64,000 nt of DNA. It comes from Amoeboaphelidium protococcarum X5 (Eukaryota > Fungi > Aphelidiomycota). Location: the NCBI GenBank assembly GCA_023515725.1, contig JALDTO010000057.1:62001-126000 (forward strand), written 5' to 3'. Every line of letters starts with the position of its first letter. The stretch's first letter is position 1. A program made the translations under genes and the position numbers. The notes beneath the pieces are model-generated. The model was not told where the DNA came from. It searched no databases and saw only the letters and a program-made list of their open reading frames with translations. Shown piece by piece: positions 26,952-41,247 of the stretch.

Positions 26952-28739
26952 TCATTTCTTATTTAGAGAACTTTCATCCCCACTTTTATCACCAGATACG
27001 GAATCTCCAGACTTGGTATCGCGATACTTTTACGCGTCAATGGCAACATTGTCGTCAATCAACTGCTAATTCTTGTCCATAAGTTCATCCCTGCTCTGCA
27101 TGGATGAAGCTTTATCCGAGTCTAACGAGTGCCTCAGCTCCTTCTCGCTACTGCTCAAGTCATCAGACTGACTGTCATCATCATCTGGTATCAATTCTGG
27201 ATGCTCACTGAACTCTTTCTCTTCCTCTTCTATCAATTTCTACTCTGCATCAATGTACTCCAGCTTTCTCTTGGTAAAATCACGTTCCAAGTCATCAGCG
27301 CTCAGCTAAGGCTCTTCCGAATCGGCAGCAGTATTACTACCGGCAGATGCAACCTATTAAGCGGCTTCTTCCATGGCTTGACGAGCAGCTTCTGCAGCTG
27401 CAGCGGCTACAGCCTTTCTATCCTTACTAGCCTCGCGATCAATCTCATCTTCCTGCAATTTCAGCTCAGTCTCTGCCAAGATTTTAGGCGGTAAAGAGTT
27501 AAGTGTCTGTTGCAGAGCCTCCAGCTATTCACGTTCACTCAGAGTCGTTCCGCCATCACCAACGGCTTCTTCCAACACGGTGATAACATCGGGCCGTACC
27601 TCAGTAGTGGTCTCTTTAATAACGGCACGTTCACTCATAATGTAAGCGCGCGAGAGCAGCACTAGAGTAAATGGGATCTTGTGCACCAGATGCAAATCCA
27701 TCCATTGACGCAACTCAAATCTCAATCTATCCGGGTCAACACCCACCGTCTTGATACCTCTAGCATGACATGCCTGGACCAGTTCATAAATCGTCAACGA
27801 GTCCAATCCCTCGGCGTGTATCATTTCATCATCCGACTTGATTTATCTCATTCTACGTCGAAGTGCAGCTCTGAGCATATTATCAGTGGCAAATGAAGTG
27901 AGAGCACTCACAGTATTCGATGTAGGATTCAAGTTGACGAACCGGGCCAGAGTGATCAACTGCGGGCGCGATAGATTATCAATTGTGATATCATCAGAGA
28001 TCTTCTTACACATGGCCAGAATCTCTTCAGTGGATGCTCTTTCACCACTAGATCGATACTTTTTAAAGAATTTGGCAAACTCTTGTGCAGATCCTGCATT
28101 ATCCACAGTCTCCAAATCTTTATTAATGGACTATCTCAACATCTTGGCCAATTTAACCTTCTCCGTCCAAGTCTGTTTGCGGATACCTTCATCTTTAACA
28201 CCACCTTTATCGTGCTCATACGTGCTAGGGAGCATATTTGGGAATATTCTGAGCACGAATGGTAGAAGCAGCTCCGTAAAAGGCACCAACACAAAAATCG
28301 AGAATGGAATCAACTTTACCATATCTCTGCTAGTTCTCAATAACTATCGATGTTCTCTACGAGATAATTTATGGCCACGGCTTTGCTTCATCAACAGCAG
28401 CGTCGATATCTTCATCTCCTTGGCCAGCAGTTTAGTACCATTCCAATAGTGCAGAGCTTCCTCTTTTATCTTGGTCCACAACGACTTTTTAGCGGGTTAA
28501 TTATTATTGGATGACTGAGATGCCAACTAATTACTAGAATACTATCTAATCCACTGCTTGGTCAGTAATAAAGACTTGGATTATGATTAATGATAGACTG
28601 GCAATAATCCATAGGTGAGCCGAGTCGTAAAACTTCTTTAACTCGCAGCATTTAACTACAACCTACTACTGGATACTAACGAATACTTTTATGTCCTCAG
28701 ACTACTGATAGTTATAATTCTTCTACCAACCGAAAGCAT
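26952..28739 (-). CDS. LETM1: LETM1/Mdm38 mitochondrial inner membrane protein
   Basis: [61 protein letters not shown]; one frame under code 6. Confidence 0.93.
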
Positions 28740-28953
28740 CACGATTAATGTACTCCAACTTTACTAATTAAAGTAAACGTGTTTTTATGAGTCTATTTTT
28801 GAGAGAAAGAGAAATGATGAACAATCGATCGGCTCAGTCAGCCAAAACTTTCACAGTCGCCAAAATTAATTAAAATTCCAGTTCGATAATAATAATAAAC
28901 ATAAGTAATTAAAGGGGGGAATTATAACCACAAAATTCCACGTTTAAGTTAAA

Positions 28954-30192
28954 TCAGAATTAAAGTTCACTCTTAACATCAACGACAATGCGCATCCGTT
29001 CGCGAGCGTCCATGATGGAATTGAGAATGGCAGCCAGTCTGACACCGCTCTTGGCCACAATCTCAATGGCAATCTTCTAATTCGCATCAACATAATCTTG
29101 GCCAAGAGTTTAGATCCCGTCCTTGGGCCACACAGATTTGCAGTTGTACTAATTACTTTCACGAGCCCACAAGTCAGGACACACGGCGCTGGTTAAATCT
29201 TGCACAGAGAGAAATGGTTCACTGGACAGCAACGGTGAGGATGGATCCTGGAATACCATGCGCGGATAAGAGCAAGTTTCCCATTTACCAACCTGACCAT
29301 CCCAGCCATCATTTATCTTGGTGATGAGATAGTCTGTCAGAGGTGCATAATCAACACCGCGGGCTAGATCATCATCATCACCATCACCACCATTGTCTTC
29401 AGACGCGTCACTTTCACCAGTGCTAGACTAATTATTGCTGTGGAACATTTGACGCACTATCTTATCCAGAAGAAGGCCATCCCAGACAGCGTGAAGATTA
29501 GACTTGGCATTGAAGAAACGCACTGAATAATCGTTACCACCACGCTGGCGGCCAGATGCATGCAGAGGCTGATGGATATCACCGACAAAGTGAACGATAA
29601 ACTTCAAAGCCTCAATCTGCACTGAGATATCATCGCTCGTCAACAGGCGCTGCGTGTAGTTCTTCAATGCACCAACAATGCAAGTACCAAATTGATCCCC
29701 TTCGAATTTGATTGGGCAATCGCGGGCATAGTTGTAGCTACACTTTTGCGGCTCATCGTCCAGAGGATTGACATAGTGCAACTGGGAAGAAAATCGGTAC
29801 TTGGCACTTCTCTTGATCTGATCAGCCCATGTTGAAATTCTCTGCAAATCCAACTGGTAATTCGGATCTGCGCCAATCAACGACGCCACACCATTGCTTT
29901 AATCATCATCATTATTACCAGCACTGACGGCTCTCACACTAATACTCTCATAGCCATCATATTTCAGTATCGCTTCGAGCTGTCTCACTGTTGACTCTGT
30001 CAGTAGAGATTAAGCAATCGCTGCAACCATTCGATGGCCTACATGAATTGAATATATATTCATTAATCAAATATCGATGATAATCATATAATGAGAATAG
30101 GTAATACCTCCGAATCCATAGCCGATAACAGAATTCAGCAGCGATAAAATAACAGCGATAACCAGCGCAAAGGAGAATTTAGATACCGCCAT
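28954..30192 (-). CDS. Secreted S1/P1 nuclease (one intron ~30039-30105)
   Basis: Signal peptide; G/HRMVAAIA, WADQIK, LHYVN, ALKFIVHFVGDIHQPLH, GGN, NLHAVWD, GVRLAAILN. Confidence 0.93.
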
Positions 30193-30684
30193 ATAAGTGT
30201 TGATGATAAATATATATATATACACACCAAGTGATGATTGTGTATATACAAAGTAGTCAATGCAATGGACGATTATCGTCTGTGGCACGGGGCGATTGGC
30301 TTGAGTGTCGTTGCGCAATAAAATGAAAAAGATTTTGTTTCACAAACCGCGGCTCGCGTCGCTTTTTTCGTTTCGCGCTTGATCTTGTTGTGGGAAAATG
30401 GCCATAAATCGATAGAGGATCAGGAGTGTATATGGATGACGTGATGCTTGATGTAGTTGTTACAGTTAGGAATTAATTGTCTGTATAAATAATGACTAAG
30501 AAGTTGTATTAAGCGAGTTATCTAAAAATTGTGAATACTTGTTATTCTGTGTACGAATCGCTGATTCGGTAGTAGGAGTGTCAAACAGATCTAAGCAGGC
30601 AGAGAAGGCGCGCGTGAAAATCATCAAGGCCTTTAAGTTGCGGGGTTCCCTGGGTATAACTACTCATTGTCAATACATCACACG

Positions 30685-31774
30685 TCAGAATAACTTTTCT
30701 AAAGCCTTATTACTCATCTCGGCTCCAAAGAATGTTGCAGCATTAGCCTACACACGAAATATAAAATTACAGTTGATCATCAGAACATAACAATCTTACT
30801 GGGAATGCACGCAACATGATCGGACCGAAGCCTTTGAACAATGCAGTTACACCTTCTTCGCGTATCAACTTAAAAAACACGTCACCCAAACCTTTGTACA
30901 TGCCTTCAGGAGCCGATTGTAATCTAGACTTTAATACATCAGGTGGGATAGCAATTGCCCAATTCATAACACCAGCAAGGCCTACAAATACTCAATTTTG
31001 ATGGATTTAACCTTGATGGGAATGTGAATGTATAAATTACCTCCAGAGAACAGAATAGCAGCCTTGTCAAGCTGTCCATCGGCAGACTTTTTGGATAGCT
31101 TCTCTTTAGCAATCTCGTAGGTGGCGAAATAGGCAACACTACCAGGGACATCACGAAGCAGAGTAGCGCCAAATCCTCTGTATAAACTTGATACACCACC
31201 AGTCTTCATTAAATGTTTAACAACATCTCCTGGTCCTTTTAAGACTACTGCAGAACTGCCCGCAGTCGATGATCCCTAAGTCTGCAAAATCACCTTGATT
31301 CTCTCAATTGGTGTCATCAAGAATGTAGTTGGCACAGCACTGAATCCACCAGCAAAGCTGACCTGGCTCAGAGTCAGCGGATCAGCAGGCTTTGAGTTCC
31401 AAAGCTTGACCGACAACTTGCGGCCCATCTCATAACCCCAGAAGCAGACAGCGTACATTGGCGTAACAAAGATCAACGGTGTGGCCATTCCGCGGTATAG
31501 TCCTCTGATTCCCTCTTTGGCCATAGTCTTTCTCACCACATCCATCGCTCCCTTATACTGTGAATCTGTCTGCAATCTAACTTTAACAGTATCAAATGGC
31601 TGACCAACCAGAACCAAACACATTCCTACAGATGCGATTAATTGATATCTCGATGGATAAAGTAAAAATGGAAATATATATTGAGTACATACCTCCGATG
31701 CCACCGCTAATAAAGCGCTTAATCCCATAAGGATCCTTGTTCACAATTGGTTGCGTTTCTGATTCCTTTGACAT
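30685..31774 (-). CDS. CRC1: Mitochondrial carnitine/acylcarnitine carrier (3 introns)
   Basis: [74 protein letters not shown]. Confidence 0.9.
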
Positions 31775-31998
31775 TTCAATTGCAAGTTGTCCTAGTTCTG
31801 TGTTGTTATAAACTTTCTACTTTCCAAAAATTGGATAAAGCCAGAAAGAGAGCGGAAAGCTTAAAAGCTGAAAGATCAAACATAAACTGAAAGTTTTGCT
31901 TAGCTACAGAATAAATTTCTGGATTTGTGCAGATTTGAGATTTTTGCAGTTTATATTCAACTCTTTAATCTTAATTTTTAAAATAATTGCTCAAAATT

Positions 31999-33071
31999 AT
32001 GCTGCCAAAAGAACTATTCAAGTTTGGAACTATACCGCGTATTCGCTCACTATTCAATGGTATGATTTGTACTCTGAAAATGTGTTATAACCATTCCACC
32101 ATCCTTTAACGATTGTAGTACCGGGAAGTAATGAGAATATGTTGTAAAAATGTATGAACCGTGGAGCGGATGCCGTAGTTCTTGATCTAGAGGATGGAGT
32201 AGCTTTTTCGGCCAAGCGGAGTGCACGTAAGATGATTGTGGACTTTCTGCAGTAGCATACGCGTAAAGAAGATGAGCGATAGAGCTAAATCTTCATTAGA
32301 ATCAATGCTTTGACTTCTGATGGCGAGTTGTCAGAGTAGAGCAAAAGTGATCTGTCAGTTTTATCGCCACATCTACATCTTGCTGATGGTATTGTACTAC
32401 CCAAAACTGAGAATAGTTAACATTTGGGATACCTAGACAAATATTTAACTTAATTTGGTTACGATTAGAAGGAAAGTTAGAAGCGTCTAAGTATATTGTC
32501 AGCTTTAGAGAGTCCGATGGCAATTCTCAACGCGTAAAGTATTGCCTAATCTTCGTCGATGGTGTATGATAATATCGCGCTCTTGGGATTAGTCTTTGCG
32601 TCAGAAGACTACACCGCTAGCAGTAGAGTGCAGAGAACGAATGATCTAAGCACGTACATTTACCCAAGAAGTCATTTGCAGTGCGTCGCTAAAGCGTATT
32701 AACTGCTCGCGATTGATCTTGTTTCAATCAGCGTGTCGAGTAAGCGCGACACCAAGAATGAAGAGTGGAGAAAATTGCTACGCTCTGAATGCCTAAATGG
32801 CAGGAAGATGGGCTTTAATGGGAAGCAGTGTATCCATCCTGGTTAGATTGACGTGATTAATAAGATGTTCGATCCCTCAGAGGAAGAGGTGTCATGGGCT
32901 CAGAAAGTCATGGACGTTCTCAAGCACAAAATGACAGCTCAAAATCTCGACACTATACCGGGTGCCTTCGAACTTGAGGGGAAAGCTGTTGATTTGCCCG
33001 TGATAAGAGATGCCATCCAAACGCTGTCTGACGCTGGGTGGGACATGGAGTAGCTGAGCTAAAAATACTGA
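31999..33071 (+). CDS. CLYBL: Citrate lyase beta-subunit-like (citramalyl-CoA lyase; HpcH/HpaI family), one intron
   Basis: ADAVVLDLEDGV, LVFASEDY, MGFNGKQCIHPGQI, GAFELEGKAVDLPV. Confidence 0.88.
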
Positions 33072-33105
33072 ATTAAATATTGACGAAACAAAACTCTATT
33101 TAGTA

Positions 33106-34342
33106 TCACATATCTGCATAGAAACTGTCAGTGACTTTATGCTTATCATCTTCCATGCTCTGTTTCCGTCTCTTTCGACGTGACTGCTTAGAATGCAATT
33201 ATTAATCGTCCGCATCTTCTGTGCCATCCAGGAAAGCACTAAAGTTATGGTAGACATCTAGATGTCCAAGCATATTAGCCGTAATCAACGTCGATCCGGA
33301 TGCATTGATCTCCATCATTTCTACATCTTGTCGGATCTTCTTCACTTCAGTGAGAGAATTAGACGATTAGCAATTTAGAGTGCGTATAACTTTGTTTGGT
33401 TGTACATTTACGAGACTAATGACACCGGCCTCATTTCCAATCAGCACTTCATCCTCATTCACTTTCACCACTGCAGTTATAGATTCTGAATTTGAGGTGT
33501 GACGCGTCGTCTTATCTGGCGCAGGCACCACGAATCTATCTGACATGTCACCCCAATTATCCCAATTGAAGATTCCCATAACGTCGTTGCTACTTTGAGG
33601 ATTCAACTGGGAATTGGATGGATTCTCAAAGCCTACTACTACCCTTTTACCGTGCTTCATCACAGCACCGCAGAGAATACCAGCTTCCATGTTATCACTG
33701 CGCGCAATAAGCCCATAGTCAGTAGCGTCCTTAGCTTATGGCTATGGTTTATGATACACTTTGCGGATATCAAATACTGACAGGTACCCATCTTCTGATA
33801 GAGAGATCACCGATTTATTATCCCCATCCCGCTGCAAGAATGTTCGGATTTCTCCTTCATGTACGTCATTCCATTGATATACGCATCTACGCTATCTAAA
33901 ATCGTGAATAGCAATGTGTCCATCAACACCACCGATAACAGACACGGCAGATCCATTCGTAGCAGACAGACCTGGGAGCGCTTTAATCACTTCAGGCTCA
34001 AAGTCCAACTGGTCATCCAAACGCGATATGACTTGAGCACTTTCACAATCATACAAAGATAGACCTGAAGCGGCATCAAGAGCATACACGCAATGATCAA
34101 AGACGTCAAATGAGCATAAACTCTCCGCTGATACTTTGATTTTACTCAACTAATGCAAATCAGACGCGAGATATCTACAAACATTAAGCAAATCAAGGAT
34201 TGATTAAGAGAAGGTTAGAAAAGATATATTACGTGTATAGATGACCAGATATGGTGGACACACTGAAGCAATCGTCATTGACAAATTTAATGCACGTAGC
34301 ACCGCGACCTTTAGGAATTTACATGGACTAACTCACAACCAT
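33106..34342 (-). CDS. WD40 repeat protein, WDR55/Jip5-like (one intron)
   Basis: GGVDGHIAIHDFR, GIFNWDNWGDMSDRF, VSLVNVQPNK-like segment, C-terminal DSFYADM. Confidence 0.72.
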
Positions 34343-34444
34343 TTTATACACCACCTTATGCAAAAATTGGATCAATTTCTATATCAAACTGCAAAATAGA
34401 AAAATTCAAATACAAAGATTTAACAACGAACACCTTTATCATTA

Positions 34445-35687
34445 TCAAATTTCATCGTTGCTTCCGTTAATGCCACTCAACTGAATAGTGTTAATCCAGC
34501 GCTGAATTCTCTCATACACCATAAATGTAATAGCCTGTCCTGGGGCGACACGTAATAGACGTGGTGTCAATCCTTTGTAGAATGCCATCACTCCCTCTTC
34601 GCGGTAAATTCCAGTTACAACACGCTTAAATCTAGTGGATGCTGACTCACCAGGCAGGGAAGTGGATCTTTGGATACGAGTCTTTATAGTATCAATAGGC
34701 GCATTACTCATTGGTCCAAGCGCGCCAGAGAGGCCACCAGCTAGAAGATGCTGATAAGATGGAAGATTATCAAGATTTTGATACTTCAACAACCAGTCCT
34801 TCATCTCCTTATAAGCAGTAAAATTCACAGCCTGATTAGTTGCTACATGTAATAATATAAAGATATCAAAATTTAACACTAACGTAATCTAAAAGAGGGC
34901 ATTATACCTTGTCTCAATGCAGTTAAGGTGACTCCTTTGTACAGCGCACCAAACCCTTCCTCTCTAATGATTGTATACGCTGCATGTCCAGCATTTCTAT
35001 ACTTTGGCACATCCATTGGATCAGCCATAGAGTGACGCTAAGCTTAAAGACGAATCTTTAAAACATCCATAGGAGTAACCACCATAATCTACAAGTATCA
35101 TCTCATAATTATTAGCTTTAATGAAATAGATAAATATAAGAATTACAGCTTCAGTAACACCCGCACCAAGACCTGCAACAAAGGTCTTTCCAACCGTAAC
35201 AACTCCATCCTTGTCTGCCATTAAGCCTTTATAAAACTCAAAAGACATGAACCTTATAGCCATCTTGGGCACAATTCCACTAACTACAGCACCCAGTCCC
35301 TTGTACAAGGCCAGAACACCTTCTCTCTTCACTATCAACTGTCCAACCCCAAAAAATCCAATATTCTTGGGCATGGACTACACCAAATAATTGGTTACAT
35401 CTAGATACTTTTAACACAGTAGTTTGATATTAATCTTACACTAGTCTTTCCTCTAAGTTGCATCCTAACCTTGATAGTGTCCAGAGGATGACAGACGCAA
35501 CTCTCGACAAAGCCAGCTCCTACACTTAATGATACTCAATTACAACGTAGACAGCGACAATGATAATGACATTTATAAGTTCAATAGACATACCTCCACC
35601 AGCGATCAAGTGCGTAGACAATGGCTTCTTCTTGTTCTTATTATTATTGTTGTTGTCTGATGACTTATTACTATCGCTGCTAGGCAT
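34445..35687 (-). CDS. SFC1: Mitochondrial succinate/fumarate carrier (4 introns)
   Basis: HPLDTIKVRMQL, LYKGLGAVVSGIVPKMAIRF, HSMADPMDVPKYRNAGHA, ATNQAVNFTAY, GPMSNAPIDTIKTRIQ. Confidence 0.93.
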
Positions 35688-36044
35688 TTTGATTTAGAAG
35701 ATGTGAGGATTTGTATGGATAAGTTAAATTGACAATGTAATGCAGATAGCAGAGTTATAAGAAGAGAGTCGGTGTAAGTGAGTGAGTGAGACAAGAGAGG
35801 GGAGTGGTCAGGTGAATAAGAAACGACGATCACCAGCCAAGTACGTTCCTGAAACAGAACAAGTCGCGGCGGTTCAACGGAAATTTCACAGCGAGGCTGT
35901 TTCGTGATTTTTGGATTATGCATTAGTGGTACTACTGGCAACTATTATTACATTAATCAGTTTAAAGTACCAAGTTTCTGGTATAAAAAGAATTGTCTCT
36001 TGATTAATAGTCGGTTTATAAATGTATTGAACAGTTTGATGTTA

Positions 36045-37966
36045 TCATTTACTCCAGCTAATGACGGGCAAGTCAAATTCATCATCAGATGAAGATAATT
36101 TGACTACGCGGATCGGAGGAGAATCTACTACGGGCACACTTCGTTTAACCTTCTCTTTCTCTTTGACGGACACTGGTTGGATGTTAGTTGCATTACCACT
36201 CAATTGCTCTTGAGGAACTTCTTCAGCTTTACGTCGTTTGTACTTTCTCTTTGAAGCAGCTTTAACACTGCCATCCTTGACTGGTTCATTCTGCATCTTT
36301 TCAATCACGGATGGTGGCTTTGCGCTCTCATTAACAACATACTATTTACGAACAGTAAGATTCAATTCCGTTGCTATAGGATCAACTGTATTGGATTAAT
36401 GTGATCTAACTTGCGATTCTACATAGGTTGGAGGTGTTGCATATTAATCATACTGCTGACGGATATCGGCAACCTTTGGCTATAGATTATTAGGGGGGAC
36501 ATTATCACAATATTGAAGATTATTATAAACTAGCAGTCTAGGATCAACAGTATGAGACTATGGTTCCTACTTAACCTGCGGATCAATCTCATTAGCAATT
36601 ACTCGAAGCAGGGAAGCAATCTATTTAGTGTCACAATCAACCGAGGAATCTGATTATAGTGCCAAGCTAGGAAGAGACTAAAGCAATTGATTCATAGTGG
36701 AGGTTACATGCTCTGAGAATTGAGTGATTAAGTAGTCATTGTTGCTTTTCGTCAACTTCTTGATTGTTTAGTGTCTCAATTCCAAATCAGCTTACCGAGA
36801 AGACAAATCATTCTACTACTTTTGGAGGAGCAATTTCTTGTTATGAGCCTGATCGTTAATTTCATCTAGAAGTTCCTTTTCTAAAATCTTCAATTCATTC
36901 TAAGCACTTGATATAATCTTTTAAATAGTTTGACGCGAGTTGAAGGAGTTTTAGTCGACCAAAGATAGTCCATTCTAAATAGCATCTCGAGTCAATCTGA
37001 TAGAATCACTCTTTTACGCAATGAGATCGGCGCTGTTGGTTAACTTTTACTTTTAAACACCAGCAGCTTCAGTTAGTAAAATCTTTTTATGTTTATCATG
37101 CTTGCTATAAATACACATAAAACAGACCATTTACTCACACTACTCACAGTAAAGCATAGCCTTTTCTCCCGGGTGATCTTTACAAATCTACAAAACCAAT
37201 TTCCGCGTTTAATATTGATAAATAACCTTTATGATATAAAAATACCTTAAACTTCTCAGATAATAATGTCAGAGTATCATCCCCTTGACCTGCCTGCGCA
37301 ACGTGATGAAATTTAGTCTAAGAACCAGAATGTAGGCGCTAATTGCACTGCAAGCATAGAAACAAGTTGCAATCGGAGCAATAACTCTAAACTTGATTAG
37401 TAGTACAGTCAGCTACACAAAGTTACGATAATTAAATAATTAAATGCGCTTTAAGATAAAGAAGAAGCAACAATAGGTAAAATACCGCAAAGTGATATAT
37501 GCTGAAATACATTGTCGCAAGCAGCGGCCAAAAATTCGCTGCTCTCCAAACCACGCTTTCCATCAGCACTAAGAACAGTTCCCGCATTGCAGACGGTGCA
37601 GATCAGATTTCCGCCAAATTTATACCAATGAGTGTAGGTATGAGGAAATTCCAATTGAGAACTAACATTAGGCGCACCTCCATTATTAAAATTCACTCCA
37701 AAAATACTCAAAAATCTAGAAACAGTATCCAACTTCTTCACACCGTTTTATTAAACACCGAGAGATTTAGTCTAATGGGTAGTCTTGGTTGCTAGCTCTT
37801 GATAGTTGAATACCGGCATTTAATCAATACAATACTGACAAAATGAATGGCCACAATTTAAAAGTCTAGGGCACCTCGATGAAGTCATCAAATTAAGACA
37901 GTTCATACACAGCAATTACTTTATATCCAGTCCATCAAGCTGAGTCTTCATACTCTCACTAGGCAT
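36045..37966 (-). CDS. TRIM-like RING-B-box1-B-box2-coiled-coil protein (2 introns)
   Basis: RING CMNC..LLNCGHSFCQYC...ICTVC; B-box YCSDCNLFLCLQCNQRLH..FHH; B-box CKDHPGEKAMLYCEQCEQMVCFMCIYSKHDKH; helical coiled-coil; basic tail. Confidence 0.82.
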
Positions 37967-38463
37967 AATGATGTATTTCAGTAGATTACAAGTTGGAGGC
38001 GCAGAGAGAGATAGTAAGTCAGAAATACTGTAGTTCCAATTGAGATGGATAGTAAACAAGGCTTTTCCGCACTGTGAGATAAAGAAAGTTTTGTAAAGAT
38101 GAAACGATAACTATCAACTGTGATCGATTGTATAGAATGGTTTATAAAAGTTTAAAGTTACTGCGAGAAATTAACTTGAGTAAAGACTTGATAAGCATGC
38201 GCACTAAAATGAGTATTTAATTACGGTTCAAGCAGGTCACTAAATCTGAAAGAATAGCGTGTTACTAATATTACACCGGAATGGAGTCAAGTGATGTGAC
38301 GTGTTGAAACGATCCACCAATCAGAAGCAGGATAATCCAGTCCAACTAGCTCTAGGACTGGTTGATCTCGATACACTCAACAATCTAGTCTGTGTGACCA
38401 TGACTTTTTATTTCTTATCTTAATTTTGAATCATTTATTTATATTGTATCTCAAATAAAGAAA

Positions 38464-39795
38464 ATGTTGCTGTTTTATAATAATAATTGTCGAGGATTAG
38501 TCTTAACAGTGATCAGCTTATTAGTATTATCAACTGCGTAGGTGGAGGCTTTTAATTACTGCACTCCAGATGGGAAAATGTCCGTGTCCACAAAGCCAGT
38601 TGCTAACAATTCACCTAATATGACTTTCGTCATCACATCGAAAGTACAAGGTTGGTGTGCTATTGGACTTGGACAGTCAATGTCTGATGCAGATATCATG
38701 ATGACGTTTGCCAATGGAAAGCGGCTGACTGTGGTGTCTGCGTATTCATCTCAGCGTCAACTTCCCGTGCCGTATGAGTAGCAATACGCGTAAATGCTCA
38801 CTGGATCTACTGCTAACAACGGTCTCTACACTTTTGTGTTTCAGCGTCCGATCAAGGCAGATCAGCCGGGGATGAAGAATATTCAGAATGGTGAAACCTC
38901 TATGATCTGGGCTTATAGTGATGCTGCGATTGATGGCGAATTTAGTACCTTGGGAATACACGCGTCCAAAGGTGTGATCCGAGCTAATCTCTTTAGTGAA
39001 CAGTCTGTAGCAGCGGGACCTGACGCTACATAGTTGGTGCTGGCTCATGCGGCCATGATGATTGTTGCATGGTTTGTGTTTGTGCCTGCTGGTATCTTTA
39101 TTGCTCGATTCCTGAAATCTGCTCTCGGTGTATGGTGGTTCAGATTGCATGCTATCTTGATGAGCTCTGCTGTGATATTTGTCATTATTGGGCTGATTCT
39201 GATTATTGTGGCATTGAAATCTAGCAGTGGTGAAACTTTGGCTGAAGGTGCGCATCCTATTCTGGGCTTTTTTATCATTGCCTTGATGTTGGTTCAATCC
39301 ATATGGGGTGTTGTGATTGATCGTCTATTCGATCCTCTACGCAAATATGTACCTTGGCATGATCAGGTTCACTGGTGGTTGGGACGCGTCGTTTTCATCT
39401 TGGCCATTGCCAACTCAATATATGGTGCCGTTTACTACAAGTTGTTTGATGTTCTTTATGCATGTATCACGCTGATGCTTCTGGCCATTATTGCGCTTGT
39501 GTTTGGTCAAGTCTTCATAGGATAATAGCATCATGTTTAAGATCAGTACAGTGGTTAGCGTGCATCGGACTTTTTGCCTAATATCGAGTCTGTGTCCACG
39601 TACAATAGCGGCAGTCTTGATAAGAGAGACTCACGGCGTAGTACGACTAGATCCGGTATTTACGGTCAGAAGGGCAATAGCTCGTTCTTTGGTGATAACA
39701 GCTACCCAGTACACGGAAGTCAGATATACGAAGGAAATCAGAATGACTCATATAGGGAATCTGAGCACATCCAACAATACTAAGATGATGAATGA
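38464..39795 (+). CDS. DOMON plus cytochrome b561 domain membrane protein
   Basis: Signal/TM; DOMON GWCAIGLGQSMSDADI and MIWAY; b561 AHAAMMIVAW, WWFRLH, HPILG, VHWWLGR; four annotated ORFs in one frame. Confidence 0.92.
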
Positions 39796-40008
39796 GTCTT
39801 GTGTCTATGAAACAATAATATCGACTTTAAATAACTTTTCCCTGTTTGATTACACATTTCTTCTGTTTTGATTAGATACGTGTCTGTCTTATATGTAGTG
39901 AATTTCTTTTTTCTCTTAATTATGGGGCAATATCTAACGCGACATGATCAATGTTGAATGGTTGGGTAATGTGAATGTGTGTGTTATTTCTGTTGAAACG
40001 ACTTGGCA

Positions 40009-40893
40009 ATGGGCGGAAAACGGCGTGGACATCGAAAGGAGATATTTAACGAAGGTGAACTGGAGTCTTCGCTATAAAAGAATGGTCTACGATTGTAATA
40101 AATTAAAGGAGATGGCAACTGCCTATTCAGAGCATTATCTGATTAGTTGCACGGCTCTGAGGACAGGCATGTCGAATTTAGATAGATGGTGTGTGATTAT
40201 ATCGATAAACATCGCGATGAGTTTGTCCCATTTCTTCTTGAAGAGGATGATGGCAATACAGACATTGAGGAATACGTGGCGAAAATGAGGTAAAATGGGA
40301 CATATGGCGGCAACATTGAATTGGTGGCATTCAGTCGCTTGATATCTGCTGAAATATGGATTTATTAGAATGAACGCGTGTATCAAATATCCTCTGCTGG
40401 AGCTTCTTCAAAGATACTAAGGATCGCATACCATTCCTATGAGCATTACTCCTCAGTTCATACATTGAATCCTGCAACTGATCTATTAAATTAAAGGCAC
40501 GGCTAGTAGCATTTATATGAGCCCACTCTCGACAGTGATAAACTAAAATCTCTGGTGAAAGTGGTGGTTTCATCTGTAACTCAAGTCTCAGATAATGGCG
40601 ATGAAGATACCATCAAAAATTTATTGAAGCAGCACAATTATGACGTAGATAAGGTAATTGAAACACTACTGACTGAATCTGCGGATATCGAATAAGTACT
40701 AGAAGTTGAAGCATCAGTAGTAGAGGAGAGCGCACCTGGAGAAAGCAAGAGCCCGCGAAGACCAGCAAAACTAACAAAGCGCGATAAGAAGAAGGCTAGA
40801 AAGCAAAGGAAGTAACAGTCTACTGCTCAAGAACATAGCAGCTCGACATAGACGCGTTAGATAGAAGACACTATGCAGAGATTGTAAATATGA
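40009..40893 (+). CDS. OTU deubiquitinase, OTUD3-like
   Basis: IKGDGNCLFRALSDQL, GTYGGNIELVAFSR, YHSYEHYSSV, CUE/UBA-like helix, basic tail. Confidence 0.88.
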
Positions 40894-41247
40894 CTACGAT
40901 GATGTTACTTGATTTTTTTTAAAATCTACTTATGATAGATTCGAAAACAAAATATTGCAGAAATGGAGACCTGAAATCAAAGATAGATGTTATCAAGTAC
41001 TATGATACTGCATTTTTATTCTCTTCTCAATAACTAAATATGAGCGTGAACTTACTCCATAGTCTAAAACAGACAGAGAGTAGATCAAATCTGCTACGTG
41101 AACGCGTCAAAATTGAATCAACGCAAAGTAAAGCTCATCAGACCGTCGGATTGAGATTGTCGTTACAGAAAAGAAAAAGAGCTGAAGGTATAATTTCAAT
41201 TAAAAATCTATCTAATCTATTCTACTCCTTCGTAATACCCAGTTTAA

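Noticed and set aside
27129-28449. Long antisense ORFs in the supplied track (e.g. 27838-28449, 26159-26671, 38746-39297, 45868-46326, 48801-49229)
   Set aside because: They are shadows of real genes on the opposite strand and show no recognisable motifs.
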